Below are positions 1-9,800 of a DNA stretch of 62,099 bases, piece by piece. A program made the translations under genes and the position numbers. The DNA is taken from positions 1 through 62,099 of the forward strand of contig SLAA01000058.1 in NCBI GenBank assembly GCA_007127105.1, read 5' to 3'. Numbering within the stretch: position 1 is the first letter of the stretch; each line of letters starts with the position of its first letter. The stretch comes from Spirochaetales bacterium (lineage in GTDB: Bacteria; Spirochaetota; Spirochaetia; DSM-27196; SLAA01). Under the pieces are notes generated by a model. The model saw only the letters and a list, made by a program, of their open reading frames with translations. It did no database searches and was not told the DNA's origin.

Positions 1-26
1 GCGCTCATGTTGTGATTGATGATCAT
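1..26 (-). CDS. flaB: flagellin, spirochaetal FlaB-type core filament protein (5' end only; gene continues past the left edge)
   Basis: Minus-strand ATG at 26-24. SD AAGGAGG at 37-31. Translation is MIINHNMS(A), the conserved N-terminus of spirochaetal FlaB flagellins. Confidence 0.7.
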
Positions 27-48
27 GACTCCTCCTTGGAATCGCGTG

Positions 49-68
49 TCCGGACATCCGTGTCCGGA
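49..68 (-). promoter_or_regulatory. 5'-leader stem-loop of flaB presenting GGA in the loop (candidate CsrA site 1; SD AAGGAGG would be site 2)
   Basis: Minus-strand RNA UCCGGACA-CGGA-UGUCCGGA forms a perfect 8-bp stem with a 4-nt loop. It ends 22 nt upstream of the ATG. Confidence 0.45.
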
Positions 69-102
69 GAATTTGAACCCTTCTCTAAGGGCTTCGTATT
101 AA

Positions 103-129
103 TCCTCGGAGTTTCAATCCGTTTCTTTA
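103..129 (-). promoter_or_regulatory. possible sigma-28 (FliA)-type promoter of flaB
   Basis: Minus strand reads TAAA (129-126), then 15 nt, then TCCGAGGA (110-103). The consensus is TAAA-N15-GCCGATAA. The CCGA core is present but the 3' half is weak. Confidence 0.3.
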
Positions 130-297
130 GTCAAAGTCTTGGAAAGCTAAAAAAATCTCTGATGCAGCAGAGCTGAGGAGGCATGTTGGTGATGAAAAAC
201 ACAAAAAAATGGGTAAGCCGCACCGCTGTTGACTTGCGGCGGTGCGTAATGCTGCCGAGAATAGTGGAGGGAAGCCAGGAACCGTGAGGGAATCTAG

Positions 298-2103
298 ATG
301 AGTCCGATGCCGGGATTTGAACAATTAGCACGAAGTCTCGATGAGGACGAAAGGAAATCCCTTCAACGTCGCATCCGGGAAAGCCTCAGCTTGAGCGATG
401 AAACCGGTTCGAGCAGTTATGCTGCAGAGTTACAAAGCACCGAACGCAAACGTCTTATTGAACGAGAGATGGGACGTTTAGGCTTCTGGGATCGACTCGT
501 CTTCTGGTTTCGCCGACTCACTTCAACCAAGACCGATGATGTTGTATTTTTGAAGATGAAGCTGGACCGAATGGGCGCTCGTGTTCAGAACCGGGGCGGA
601 GAGTATCTGGATATGGAGAACCGTGCCATCACTCCCGATGGTGCGACACGCGTATACGAACTGTATCGCAGTGCCTATCCGGTAATTCCGGCCTTTGTGG
701 GCATTTGGAAGAACGTGGCGCGATTCCAGGGCATGGTAGAGTACCTTCTGAGACAGCGTATCCCGGATTCCAAGACCGATCTTCATGATTTTATGACAAT
801 GAAAGATATTCAGGATGTCTTTCTGGAAAAGGAGAGTCGTGGAGAGATACGGCGCGAACTCCTGTCGCGACTGGACGCCTACATCAATGGGATACACCCG
901 GATATCTTTAAGCATCTCGAAGATGGTATCTGGCCGCTGTACTACATGCGAGATATAGGTCTGTTCTCATACTCAGACTTTTTTGCCTTGTTTCGGGCCG
1001 ATATTGGTTTAGCGCCTCCCGGGGAGGAGTCACCAAAGTTTTCCTCGGCTTCCTTCGCTACCGTTATGGAGACTCTTGAACAGCTGTATTTTGCGCTGTA
1101 TAACGCCAAACGGTCCGGTAGCACCTTTGAACTGCACGATGAGCTGATTCGCTACTATCTCTACAGCCTCACCGTGAACCATGAAGACGGTGCGGAGCCG
1201 GACAGCTACAAAGAGATTGAAGACGGTGTCGAAGCCATAGACCTCGACGCGGTCAAGCAGTTCAAGGACTCGCTGAATCAACTTGCCGACGCGGCCATTA
1301 AGCTTGACAAGGATTTTCCGTTTGTGGACCTCATAAAATGGTATCACGAAGATCCATACTACCGATTCTTGGTATATCTTCCCAAACTGAATCTCAAGAC
1401 CTTCTATCATGCAGCCTTGAAGATTCGTGTTCTTGGCCGGCTGGACAAGCGGTTCCAGGACGTCCGGTTGGGCGTGGTGGGTCGAATGATTCACCGAATT
1501 TTTCAGCAAGAGCCCCCGGATTTTGAGCATTATCGCAGCACTATCCACGCATCAATTCAGAAACTCGGTCTACCAACCTTCAAGTACATGAAGTCACTCA
1601 ATATTTTGTACCACTTCATTGTCCGGAGATATCGGGGTGGACTACAGGAGTTTGTGAGGGTCTTGAATCGGATTACTCCTATACGCCTGAGGAGTGGCGG
1701 GCGAGACCTCTTACTTGTTTCGGCTGGCCTTGAAGATATCGCCGAAAAGATCGAGAAATTTGACCAATCCTTCGCACCGGACGCGGACGAAGGGAAAGCC
1801 TTCTTCAGGGTGCGTTATGCGGTGGAGAAGGACCTGGCTCAGCAAAGGGCCTATCGTGCCATGGTTCTGCAGCGAGATAAGGAAGCGCGGACACTCATCG
1901 ACAAGGGACTCGAGTTGCTTGAGGAAGTTCTATCAGCCCTGCAGATGCTTCAGCGGAATCAGTCGCCAAGCATGGCCGAGAAGTACAGACAGTTCGCCGC
2001 TCCCGGCAGTAGTCTGGATTCGGTTCTTAAGAAGCATACAGAGGAACTGGAAATGCTCAGGAAACTCATAACTCAGCTGGTAGCTATTGAAGAGGGGCAC
2101 TAG
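298..2103 (+). CDS. hypothetical protein, 601 aa, no motif recognised
   Basis: Long ORF with an ATG start and GAGGGA 9 nt upstream. It is divergent from flaB. I recognise no family signature. Confidence 0.75.
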   Translation: MSPMPGFEQLARSLDEDERKSLQRRIRESLSLSDETGSSSYAAELQSTERKRLIEREMGRLGFWDRLVFWFRRLTSTKTDDVVFLKMKLDRMGARVQNRGGEYLDMENRAITPDGATRVYELYRSAYPVIPAFVGIWKNVARFQGMVEYLLRQRIPDSKTDLHDFMTMKDIQDVFLEKESRGEIRRELLSRLDAYINGIHPDIFKHLEDGIWPLYYMRDIGLFSYSDFFALFRADIGLAPPGEESPKFSSASFATVMETLEQLYFALYNAKRSGSTFELHDELIRYYLYSLTVNHEDGAEPDSYKEIEDGVEAIDLDAVKQFKDSLNQLADAAIKLDKDFPFVDLIKWYHEDPYYRFLVYLPKLNLKTFYHAALKIRVLGRLDKRFQDVRLGVVGRMIHRIFQQEPPDFEHYRSTIHASIQKLGLPTFKYMKSLNILYHFIVRRYRGGLQEFVRVLNRITPIRLRSGGRDLLLVSAGLEDIAEKIEKFDQSFAPDADEGKAFFRVRYAVEKDLAQQRAYRAMVLQRDKEARTLIDKGLELLEEVLSALQMLQRNQSPSMAEKYRQFAAPGSSLDSVLKKHTEELEMLRKLITQLVAIEEGH

Positions 2104-2609
2104 ACCTCTGTGGTGCCTGAAGCGGAGTCAGAAGAACTGAGAAAAGCCTTGCGGACGCGTTCCGCCGAGTCTAAGGGGCTTTCGACCAAAACTCTTCGAC
2201 CGGCAAGCAGGTCCGCTATACCAAGTTCGCGCGGATAGCGTGGAATGATGTGCATGTGGATATGGTCAATGGAGGCGCCTGCCGCAGCCCCCATGTTATA
2301 CCCAATGTTATACCCGGCCGGATTGTAGAGCCCGTCGATGAGCGTGAGTGTCTGGTTAATGAGCACCGAAAGCTCAAGATTCTCAGCAGCCGAGAGTTCT
2401 CTGATGTCGGTCAAATGCCTGCGGGGGAATACCATGAGGTGCCCAGGGTTGAAGGGGTATAGGTTTATGGACACAATGAACAACTCGGACTCGTGTACCG
2501 TCAGGTTGACTACTTCTGGTGCGTTGTCACGGATCAGACAGAGGATGCAACCGTCGGGCTTCTTTCCTGTGACGTAAGCAAGCTTTTCAAAGTTGAAGAA
2601 ATACTCCAC
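2100..2609 (-). CDS. HIT-family nucleotide hydrolase/transferase
   Basis: Histidine triad HIHMHIIPR, N-terminal CILC motif, and GHLMVFPRRH. The start is GTG. Confidence 0.85.
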   Translation of the reverse strand: MEYFFNFEKLAYVTGKKPDGCILCLIRDNAPEVVNLTVHESELFIVSINLYPFNPGHLMVFPRRHLTDIRELSAAENLELSVLINQTLTLIDGLYNPAGYNIGYNMGAAAGASIDHIHMHIIPRYPRELGIADLLAGRRVLVESPLDSAERVRKAFLSSSDSASGTTEV

Positions 2610-2612
2610 GTG

Positions 2613-3467
2613 TTAGTCGTCCACCGTCACCTGTAGACTTCCGAGGTTAAGGATATCGATACCGCTTTCACCCTGCAGCCGGAAGTAATCGAGGAGTTCG
2701 GGGTAGTCGGCCAGTACACTTCCGTACTGTTTAAGAATTTCAAGACGACTACGTTCCAGAATCTCTCTGCGTACGGCAACGGCCTGCGCTTCGCCGCGTG
2801 CTTCAGTGACTATACTCTGGACCGCCGCAAAGTTCCTGCGAGCATCGTGATAGAGTTCAAGGTCAGGCACCGAGAGTTTCGTTATATCAAGGCTGAGGAT
2901 GCGGATATCAGGACGGAAGGACTCAAGCTCATGACGCAGCCGCTCTTGTGTTTCGGCGAGGACACTGCGATCGGCAGCTTGGTCATGGATAGCGGTGTTT
3001 ACGAGGCTTGGAATACGTTCAACAATCTGCTCATGGAGACTCGACTCGAGCGTTTCGTAGAAGTCGTCGAGCGAGTCCTGACGTAGCCCACCTTCCGAAA
3101 CGAGTTGCGGAAGATCCGTTGGATCTATAGTGTACCGTATTCTCAACTCAAGTTCATAGCGGAATTCGGCTCCGTTATCCAAGAACTCGCTGTAGATCTG
3201 CCCGGAGGGAAGGTCGGCAGAGTGTCCCACAACCGCGCTGCGAGGGCGTAGATGGAAAATGTGGAGTTTCATGTTGGTTGGAATGACTCTTTCCCAACGC
3301 CAGTTGAACTGACCGGCCTCCATGGCTTCTTCATCCCAACCGGCAGTTTTGGTGAATGCCACCGCGTAACTGTCCTCAGGAAGGAGGATCTGCACCCAGC
3401 CAAAATAGAAAACGGTGCCAGCTAGTGATAGGAGCAAAAGGATCGTTATTGTGGTTCGCACTTTCAC
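2613..3467 (-). CDS. membrane-anchored hypothetical protein (possibly SPFH/band-7-like)
   Basis: The ORF extends to 3521 (TTG). A GTG at 3467 is preceded by GGGAGGA and yields an N-terminal TM helix (TTITILLLLSLAGTVFYFGW). It ends 3 nt before the HIT gene start. The family call is weak. Confidence 0.6.
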   Translation of the reverse strand: MKVRTTITILLLLSLAGTVFYFGWVQILLPEDSYAVAFTKTAGWDEEAMEAGQFNWRWERVIPTNMKLHIFHLRPRSAVVGHSADLPSGQIYSEFLDNGAEFRYELELRIRYTIDPTDLPQLVSEGGLRQDSLDDFYETLESSLHEQIVERIPSLVNTAIHDQAADRSVLAETQERLRHELESFRPDIRILSLDITKLSVPDLELYHDARRNFAAVQSIVTEARGEAQAVAVRREILERSRLEILKQYGSVLADYPELLDYFRLQGESGIDILNLGSLQVTVDD

Positions 3468-3618
3468 TCTGATTCCTCCCCATTCCTGCGGCGTGGTGTC
3501 TTTCCCGGCCGCCGTTTGCAAGGACGGTGTATGCCGTGGGCATTAACGCCGATATACCCATGAGAGACTACCATACTAAGCAACACTATCATGATGCAAG
3601 TCTTAGGTGTGATAGACT

Positions 3619-4008
3619 ATGGAATACCGAATGTTGATACACAATGTCCAAAAGAAAAGTAGCCAGGCTGTGTCCGGTGACCTCTTGAGCTTCTACGTTG
3701 CCTCCCTCTCGGCCATTTCTCTGTTCTTCTGGTTGCTTACGGTTCTGCTGATAGGACTCTACGCACTTGGCAACTTCCAGAGCTTTCTAGACGAAACGCT
3801 ACTCAGTTTGTTGCGTGGTGCGCGGGTAACAGCGCCTCTCAGTATGCTCTTTGCTATTTGGTTTCAACTAGGTGTGCTCGTGCGTGCGGTGTTTCGTCGG
3901 AGAGGTCTCATATCTGGGAGTCTGGTGGCGATCTTTATAGGCGGTGCGTCTGCAGTTGCGGCGCTGGTTGCTTCTTTTTTGCTGATCTTGTTTCTCCCAG
4001 GAGTGTAG
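3619..4008 (+). CDS. small integral membrane protein, about 4 TM helices
   Basis: 129-aa ORF made of hydrophobic segments. It ends 6 nt before the map start. Confidence 0.55.
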   Translation: MEYRMLIHNVQKKSSQAVSGDLLSFYVASLSAISLFFWLLTVLLIGLYALGNFQSFLDETLLSLLRGARVTAPLSMLFAIWFQLGVLVRAVFRRRGLISGSLVAIFIGGASAVAALVASFLLILFLPGV

Positions 4009-4013
4009 GCGCC

Positions 4014-4823
4014 ATGAACTTGAACAAGCCGGTACTGAAGACCTCAGCAGAGATAGCGCGGCTCAAGCGTCCTGCGCGAGCGGTTGGCAAAGTTCTGTTC
4101 GAACTGCGTGAGCGCGTTATGGCGGGAGTGAGAATAAACGATCTAGCGGAGTTTTGCGAGAAACGACTCCGAGCCTACGGGGTGCAACCAGCGCAACAGG
4201 GATACAAAGGCTTTCCCGGGACGGTTTCGGTCTCTATTGGTGCAATTGCCGCGCACGGGGTTCCAGATCACTCCCAGCTATCGCCGGGAGACGTCTTGAC
4301 TGTGGATGTAGTGGCCGAACATGACGGTTGGTATGCAGATGCCGCGTGGAGCTATGTGGTCGAGCCAGCGATGGCTGCCGATCGGAATCTTGTCACCGCA
4401 GCCTGGGAATGCAGTCTGGCAGGGGTTCGGGCGGCACGTGCTGGTGGGTGGGTTAACGACATTGGGCGTGCGGTACAACGGCGTGCCGATGAACTAGGTT
4501 GTCGCGTTCTGGAACGCCTATGTGGACACGGCATTGGTCGTGAGATACACGAGGATCCGCTTATTCGGTTTTCGGGTGAGATGGATATTGGGGTTCCGTT
4601 GGTACCCGGCATGGTGCTCACAATCGAACCGGTCGTGACCTTCGGGAGCGGCAAGATTGAGCTGATGGAGGATGGATTTGGTTACGTCACCTGCGATGGT
4701 TCGCCGACGGCTCAGTTTGAACACATGATTGCACTTGCGGCCGATACGACGCATCTCATTTCCGTCCCTGGCGGCGTCCCCTTGCCTGGACTCGACGCAC
4801 TATGGTTGGACTCGGCGGGGTAG
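4014..4823 (+). CDS. map: type I methionine aminopeptidase
   Basis: HGIGREIHEDP motif, metal-ligand D..D region, and LTIEP. I chose the ATG at 4014 (MNLNKPVLKT) over the track start at 3858, which would overlap the upstream gene. Confidence 0.9.
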   Translation: MNLNKPVLKTSAEIARLKRPARAVGKVLFELRERVMAGVRINDLAEFCEKRLRAYGVQPAQQGYKGFPGTVSVSIGAIAAHGVPDHSQLSPGDVLTVDVVAEHDGWYADAAWSYVVEPAMAADRNLVTAAWECSLAGVRAARAGGWVNDIGRAVQRRADELGCRVLERLCGHGIGREIHEDPLIRFSGEMDIGVPLVPGMVLTIEPVVTFGSGKIELMEDGFGYVTCDGSPTAQFEHMIALAADTTHLISVPGGVPLPGLDALWLDSAG

Positions 4824-4886
4824 TTTAGGCTGCGGGGTTGACAGCATAAGCCGGAATGGTGTAGTTTTTCGCTCGCACATCAGCAC

Positions 4887-4960
4887 GCCATCTTAGCTCA
4901 GTTGGTCAGAGCACGTGACTTGTAATCTCGGGGTCGTCGGTTCGAATCCGACAGATGGCT
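4887..4960 (+). tRNA. tRNA-Thr (anticodon UGU)
   Basis: Cloverleaf: GCCATCT/AGATGGC acceptor, GCTC/GAGC D stem, GTCGG-TTCGAAT-CCGAC T arm, anticodon loop CTTGTAA. The anticodon stem has one U-U mismatch. Confidence 0.9.
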
Positions 4961-5000
4961 TGACGGAGCGGCTCGTTGCTGGTATTGTGTCGCTTCACCA

Positions 5001-5082
5001 GGGGAGTTTCCCGAGCGGTCAAAGGGGGCAGACTGTAAATCTGTTGGCTCAGCCTTCGAAGGTTCGAATCCTTCACTCCCCA
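5001..5082 (+). tRNA. tRNA-Tyr (anticodon GUA), long variable arm
   Basis: GGGGAGT/ACTCCCC acceptor, anticodon loop CTGTAAA, GAAGG-TTCGAAT-CCTTC T arm, 13-nt variable arm. Confidence 0.9.
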
Positions 5083-5144
5083 TTAACCTGAGACCTTTTT
5101 TGGTTCGTATGCACGGCCCCTCGGGGCCGTTGTACACCCGCCTA

Positions 5145-5166
5145 CCGGATTTCGTCCGGCTTTATT
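5145..5166 (+). terminator. weak hairpin plus T-rich tail after the tRNA pair
   Basis: CCGGA-TTTCG-TCCGG followed by CTTTATT. The stem is only 5 bp. Confidence 0.25.
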
Positions 5167-5659
5167 GAGTAAACTACACATGAATACAGGACAACAAGGT
5201 TCCGGGAAGGTTTTCCACAGCGACGGACTCAGATTTGAGTGCAACCGTTGTTCGCATTGCTGTAGACATGATCCGGGCTTGGTGTTTCTCTCGGAAGAAG
5301 ACATCATCCGTATCCCGCGTTATCTTCGTATAGGGAGAGCTGAATTTCTAGCGAGATATTGTCGCCATGTCGATATAGGTACTGTGCGGCGAATAACGAT
5401 TGATGAGCGACCCAATTACGATTGTGTGTTCTGGTCGGAAAGTGGCTGTGAGATCTACGAGGTGCGGCCTTTGCAGTGTAGAAGCTATCCATTTTGGGCT
5501 TCGGTGGTTGATTCGGCCGAGAGTTGGCAAGCTGAGTCGGAACACTGCCCTGGGATGAACACCGGGGCTCTTCATAGCTCAGACGAGATTGACGACTGGT
5601 TGCTTCAGGCTCGACAAAGACGTCTAATAGAGCTTGATCCTCCCTATAGAGGCGGTTGA
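5165..5659 (+). CDS. YkgJ-family cysteine-cluster protein (CxxCxxCC)
   Basis: CNRCSHCC motif plus later Cys residues. The track start is TTG at 5165; ATG at 5180 is an alternative. Confidence 0.75.
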   Translation: MSKLHMNTGQQGSGKVFHSDGLRFECNRCSHCCRHDPGLVFLSEEDIIRIPRYLRIGRAEFLARYCRHVDIGTVRRITIDERPNYDCVFWSESGCEIYEVRPLQCRSYPFWASVVDSAESWQAESEHCPGMNTGALHSSDEIDDWLLQARQRRLIELDPPYRGG

Positions 5660-5660
5660 G

Positions 5661-6605
5661 ATGGAAGTGCGATTTTGGGGAGCCCGAGGATCTCATCCCC
5701 GTCCCATGACACCTGACGAGCTCCGCAGTAAGATATCAACGGTGGTTCACCGAATTCAGCCGAGTGATGTTGAGGACCCACACAGTCGAGAGCGATTTCT
5801 GCTGGGGCTTCCTGATTGGCTCTTTAGGCCAGCTGGTGGAAATACGCCGTGTGTGGAGCTACGGCTCAGTGATAGCGAGTGTATTGTGTTTGATGCTGGA
5901 ACCGGCATTATACAGCTTGCCGAAGACTGGGCTCGTCGCGGTTACAGCGAAGACTGCATTAATCTTTTCTTTACCCATTTCCATTATGATCATGTACAGG
6001 GGCTACCGTTTTTTGGTCCAGCCTACAACCCATCATCTCGCATTCGCTTTTTCAGCCCGGTTGAAAAGTTTGAGTCAACTTTGCGCTCACACATGCAGCA
6101 CCCGTTTTTTCCGGTAACTATGGAAGGTAAAATGACCGAGCGCATGGAGTTTCACGTGCTGCGAGAGGAAGAACTGCTCGTATCTGGTGCTCGAGTTCGA
6201 TATCGTCTTATGAATCATCCTGGTGGTGCCTATGCATATCGCGTGGACTATCGGGGTAGAAGCTTTGTTTATGCCAGTGACGCGGAACTTCAGAACGAGG
6301 ACTTTGAACGATCACAGGCAAATCGTGACTTTTTTGAAGGTGTCGATGTTCTTATTCTGGACACGCAGTATACTCTTGGTGAGGCCATTGAGAAGTACAA
6401 CTGGGGGCACAGTGCATTTAGTCTTTCGGTCGATTTTGCGCTGACTTGGAAGGTTAAACGGCTGTTCATGTTTCATCATGAACCTCGATACAGCGACAAG
6501 CGACTTGTGAAGAATCTTGAGTCGGCACGCGCCTACGCCATAAAGTCGAGTAGCCACGAGCTTCAAATTGAGCTGAGCCGTGAGGGGAGTCGAATCACGG
6601 TATGA
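5661..6605 (+). CDS. MBL-fold metallo-hydrolase
   Basis: HFHYDH (HxHxDH) motif. The start at ATG 5661 (MEVRFWGARGS) lies 1 nt after the upstream stop. Confidence 0.85.
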   Translation: MEVRFWGARGSHPRPMTPDELRSKISTVVHRIQPSDVEDPHSRERFLLGLPDWLFRPAGGNTPCVELRLSDSECIVFDAGTGIIQLAEDWARRGYSEDCINLFFTHFHYDHVQGLPFFGPAYNPSSRIRFFSPVEKFESTLRSHMQHPFFPVTMEGKMTERMEFHVLREEELLVSGARVRYRLMNHPGGAYAYRVDYRGRSFVYASDAELQNEDFERSQANRDFFEGVDVLILDTQYTLGEAIEKYNWGHSAFSLSVDFALTWKVKRLFMFHHEPRYSDKRLVKNLESARAYAIKSSSHELQIELSREGSRITV

Positions 6606-6838
6606 GTTCGAACCAAATGAGTCGCGACAGCTCCATGCAACTGGAGTTTCGCGAACTGGTTGGGTTGTATCTTTTCCTGCGTGAGCGTGAAGCTGAACTT
6701 GACGAATGTCTGGAAGAGTTTTTCGCCCGCGCGGAACGCGAATTATTTCGACGGCTTTCAATCGAAGAGATGGAACAGCTAAGACACACGTATTCCGATG
6801 GTTCCCGTGGTGATGGTTCCAACACCAGGCAAGGGTAA
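6602..6838 (+). CDS. small hypothetical protein (78 aa)
   Basis: ATGA start/stop overlap with the MBL gene. Helical, charged sequence. No motif recognised. Confidence 0.45.
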   Translation: MSSNQMSRDSSMQLEFRELVGLYLFLREREAELDECLEEFFARAERELFRRLSIEEMEQLRHTYSDGSRGDGSNTRQG

Positions 6839-6863
6839 ACTCTCGGCCATAGGAAGATGCTCA

Positions 6864-9800
6864 ATGAATCAAAACTCAATGTATCGTCGGATTTCTGGCG
6901 CGGCTCTTGTTTTAGCACTCGTGCTGCTCGTGAGTCCACAGCTGTCGGCGGAGTATAGACCTGCAACCGGTGGTGAGGATCGCGACCAGTTCATCTCGCC
7001 GCTTCTTCTGGGTCGCGGCTTCAGCGTAACCGGTACCGAGAGTCCAACGGCCTCCATTATGAACCCTGCTGCCGGGGCACGCACGCAGCGAACCACACTG
7101 GACCTCGCCTACGTCGGACTCAATGATTTTGGGGGTCAGGGACTGGACGGGCATGTGGTTTCGGCCGGTGCGGCCTTTCCTAACCGGTACGGAGTTTTTT
7201 CTGGTTCAGCCCAGTTTTTGAGGAGCGAGCTTGACGATATGCGCCTCGGGACAGGTGGCGCGGCACATTTTTCGGCTGCGAAAGAGGTGTTTGATGATCT
7301 GCTCGTGGGGGCAGGTGTCAACATTTACGCTGGCACTGCAGATCGAAACAGAGTCGCAGGTGGACTCGATCTCGGCTTTATTCAGTATGGCGGACCCTTT
7401 GCTCCGTTACCGAACTTTCGATTTGGCGCCGCACTAAAAAACTTGGGCAACTTCTACGACCCGGTGTCTGGTCGTACTGGGTTTCCCTCCTCATTTACCC
7501 CGGCCTTTGGCATTGGCTTTACGCCTTTACGTACCGACAGGCTTGAGATTGATCTTTCGGGCGACCTGAGCTTTCCCTTTTTCCAGAATGCGCGGCTGAA
7601 TCTTGGCAGTACCGTGAGTTTTGGTGAGGTGGTCGATATTTTTGCAGGTTGGCAGATAGACCTTCGTCAAACTGTGGACTTCCCTGATGCTGAAAGGCGC
7701 AGTTTTCTGCCATCTTTCGGGGTAGGTATTAACCTGGGCCTCCCGGCTGCTGAAAATGATGCAGCTCAGCAAGGCCTAAGCCGCGACGCAGATCAACGCG
7801 GAGAACTTCGGACGAGGACCTCGGCCGCACCCTTGTATCAAGATGTGTGGGCGTTCTCTGCAGGTGTGAATGTTCCCTTAGGCGTTATTGATCGCAACCC
7901 ACCGGTAATTCGTACCGACTACCGTGATCAGGTGTACTTTTCTCCCAACAACAATGGAGTTAACGACTACTTTGATCTCGGAATTTCCATCACTGACGAG
8001 CGCTATGTCATGGGCTATGTGCTCCGCGTTGAAGATGTCGATGGAAATGTCGTTCGTGAGATAAAACATCGAGATCCGCGTCCTGCGGAGAGAAACTTCC
8101 GCACCTTTACCGAGCAACTCCTTGCCGCACGTGCTGGGGTGGAGATTCCGGAGACCTTGCGGTGGGATGGAACCACGAATGCTGGCGCGCGGGCTCCTGA
8201 TGGAGACTATCTGTTGTACCTTTCGGCGTGGGACGATAACGACAATCGTGATGAGCAGGGTCCCAAGCTCGTGACCGTTGATACAACGCCGCCGCAACTG
8301 GAACTGGAGTACCCTGGTTCCGAGGATCGGCGTTTTGTGCTCAGTGACGACGGACTGAGCTATGAGTTCACCATACAGCAGAGTGGGTCGGTCGAAGACC
8401 GTTGGACAGCCGAGTTTGTAGATGACTCCGATACGGTGGTCAGAAGATTCGTTTTTGAGAATGAAGCGCCAGCGAACATCACCTGGGATGCGCTTGACGA
8501 AGATGGTGTACTGGTTCCGGATGGAATCTACCGCTATCGCATTCAAAGCACAGACCGCGCTGGTAACGCCACGGCTGAGGGATTTAGCAACATTCTTCTG
8601 AACACGACGCCGACTCCGATATCTGCTTCAATTAATACGGGATATTTCTCGCCAAACAATAATGGTCGCAACGATGTTGTGCGGATTTCTTTGTCGGTAC
8701 CCATACGCGCTTCCCTACAGAGCTGGGAACTTCTGATCCGGGACACTCAAGGACGGACTGTGCGCTCCTGGAATGGGCGAACCGAAGTGCCAGATCTTAT
8801 TGTGTTTGATGGGCGAAATGAATCGGGCAACGTTTTGCCTGAAGCAGCGTATCATGCCCAGTTCAGGGCCTTTTACCAAAACGGACATCGTCCGGAGTCA
8901 ACGACTCCTGATTTTGTGCTGGATCTTACTCCTCCCAGCGCTTCTGTTCAGGTGGAGACGCCGGTCTTCTCGCCGGATGGCGACGGGGTGCTTGATACCG
9001 CCTTGTTTTTCCAGGAGAGCTCGGTTGAGCCACAGTGGACGGGAGTATTTCTTAACGAGGCAGGAGAGCGAGTGCGGGAGTTCCGTTGGCGAGACCGCGC
9101 GGCCTTCCGGTTTGAATGGGACGGCCGTGCAGAAGATGGTACGCCAGCTCCTGACGGGCTTTATCGGTACTTCATTGAGGCCACTGACCGAGCCGGTAAC
9201 TACGGGCGTTCAAACGAAGTGGTCGTGCGGCTGGACACCGCCGAGACCGAGGTCTACATCAGTGCAGAGTTTAGTGCATTTGGTCCAAATGCAAACGGAA
9301 TACGAGATACGATCCGGTTTTTTCCACGGCTTGAGCGCAATGAAGACATAGTATGGTACCGTCTGGAAGTGTTGGACGAGGATGGGGAAATTGTCCGCAG
9401 CTTCAGCGGACAGGATCGCATGCGGGATAGTTACGTCTGGGACGGGAGTGATACCGACGGATTGCCGGTAGGCGACGGACTTTACCGGACACGACTTGAC
9501 ATGCTGTATGCCAACGGCAATAGAGAAACTGCCCACACCTCACGTTTTGAACTTGACACCGTCTATCCTCGGGTGACGGTTGAGCCGGAGTACAGCTTGT
9601 TCTCTCCCGACGGAGACGGCAACCGGGATACCGTGCAGATACGTCAAAGCGGGTCTGTTGAAGAGGTCTGGGAAGGCGAAATACGGACTGCGGGTGGTGA
9701 GCTGGTCAAGAGTCTTTTCTGGGAAGGCACACCCGAGAGCTTTGTCTGGGACGCTACCGATGAAGCTGGCAACCGGGTTCCCGATGGCGACTATCGCTAC

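Noticed and set aside
127-331. Two 65-66-aa minus-strand ORFs in the flaB upstream region.
   Set aside because: They overlap the promoter/leader region and the start of the 298 ORF. They have no SD or motif and their sequence is low-complexity.
3858-4013. N-terminal extensions implied by the ORF-track starts: map 3858, mreB 18020, recA 36344, 36222, rpe 42884, lptG 52067, dut 53718, mazG 23476, tgt 50799.
   Set aside because: The extensions overlap upstream genes or add non-homologous leaders. Internal starts with SD sequences give canonical N-termini.
5113-5130. GC-rich hairpin ACGGCCC-CTCG-GGGCCGT after tRNA-Tyr, considered as an intrinsic terminator.
   Set aside because: No U-tract follows on either strand. 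It may still be a processing or stability element, but I cannot call it a terminator.
7878-8546. Long antisense ORFs within confident genes: 7878-8546, 18317-18919, 20661-21182, 21774-22367 and 44168-44836.
   Set aside because: Each lies wholly inside a gene with strong family motifs on the other strand. None has a motif or SD of its own. This is typical shadow-ORF behaviour.
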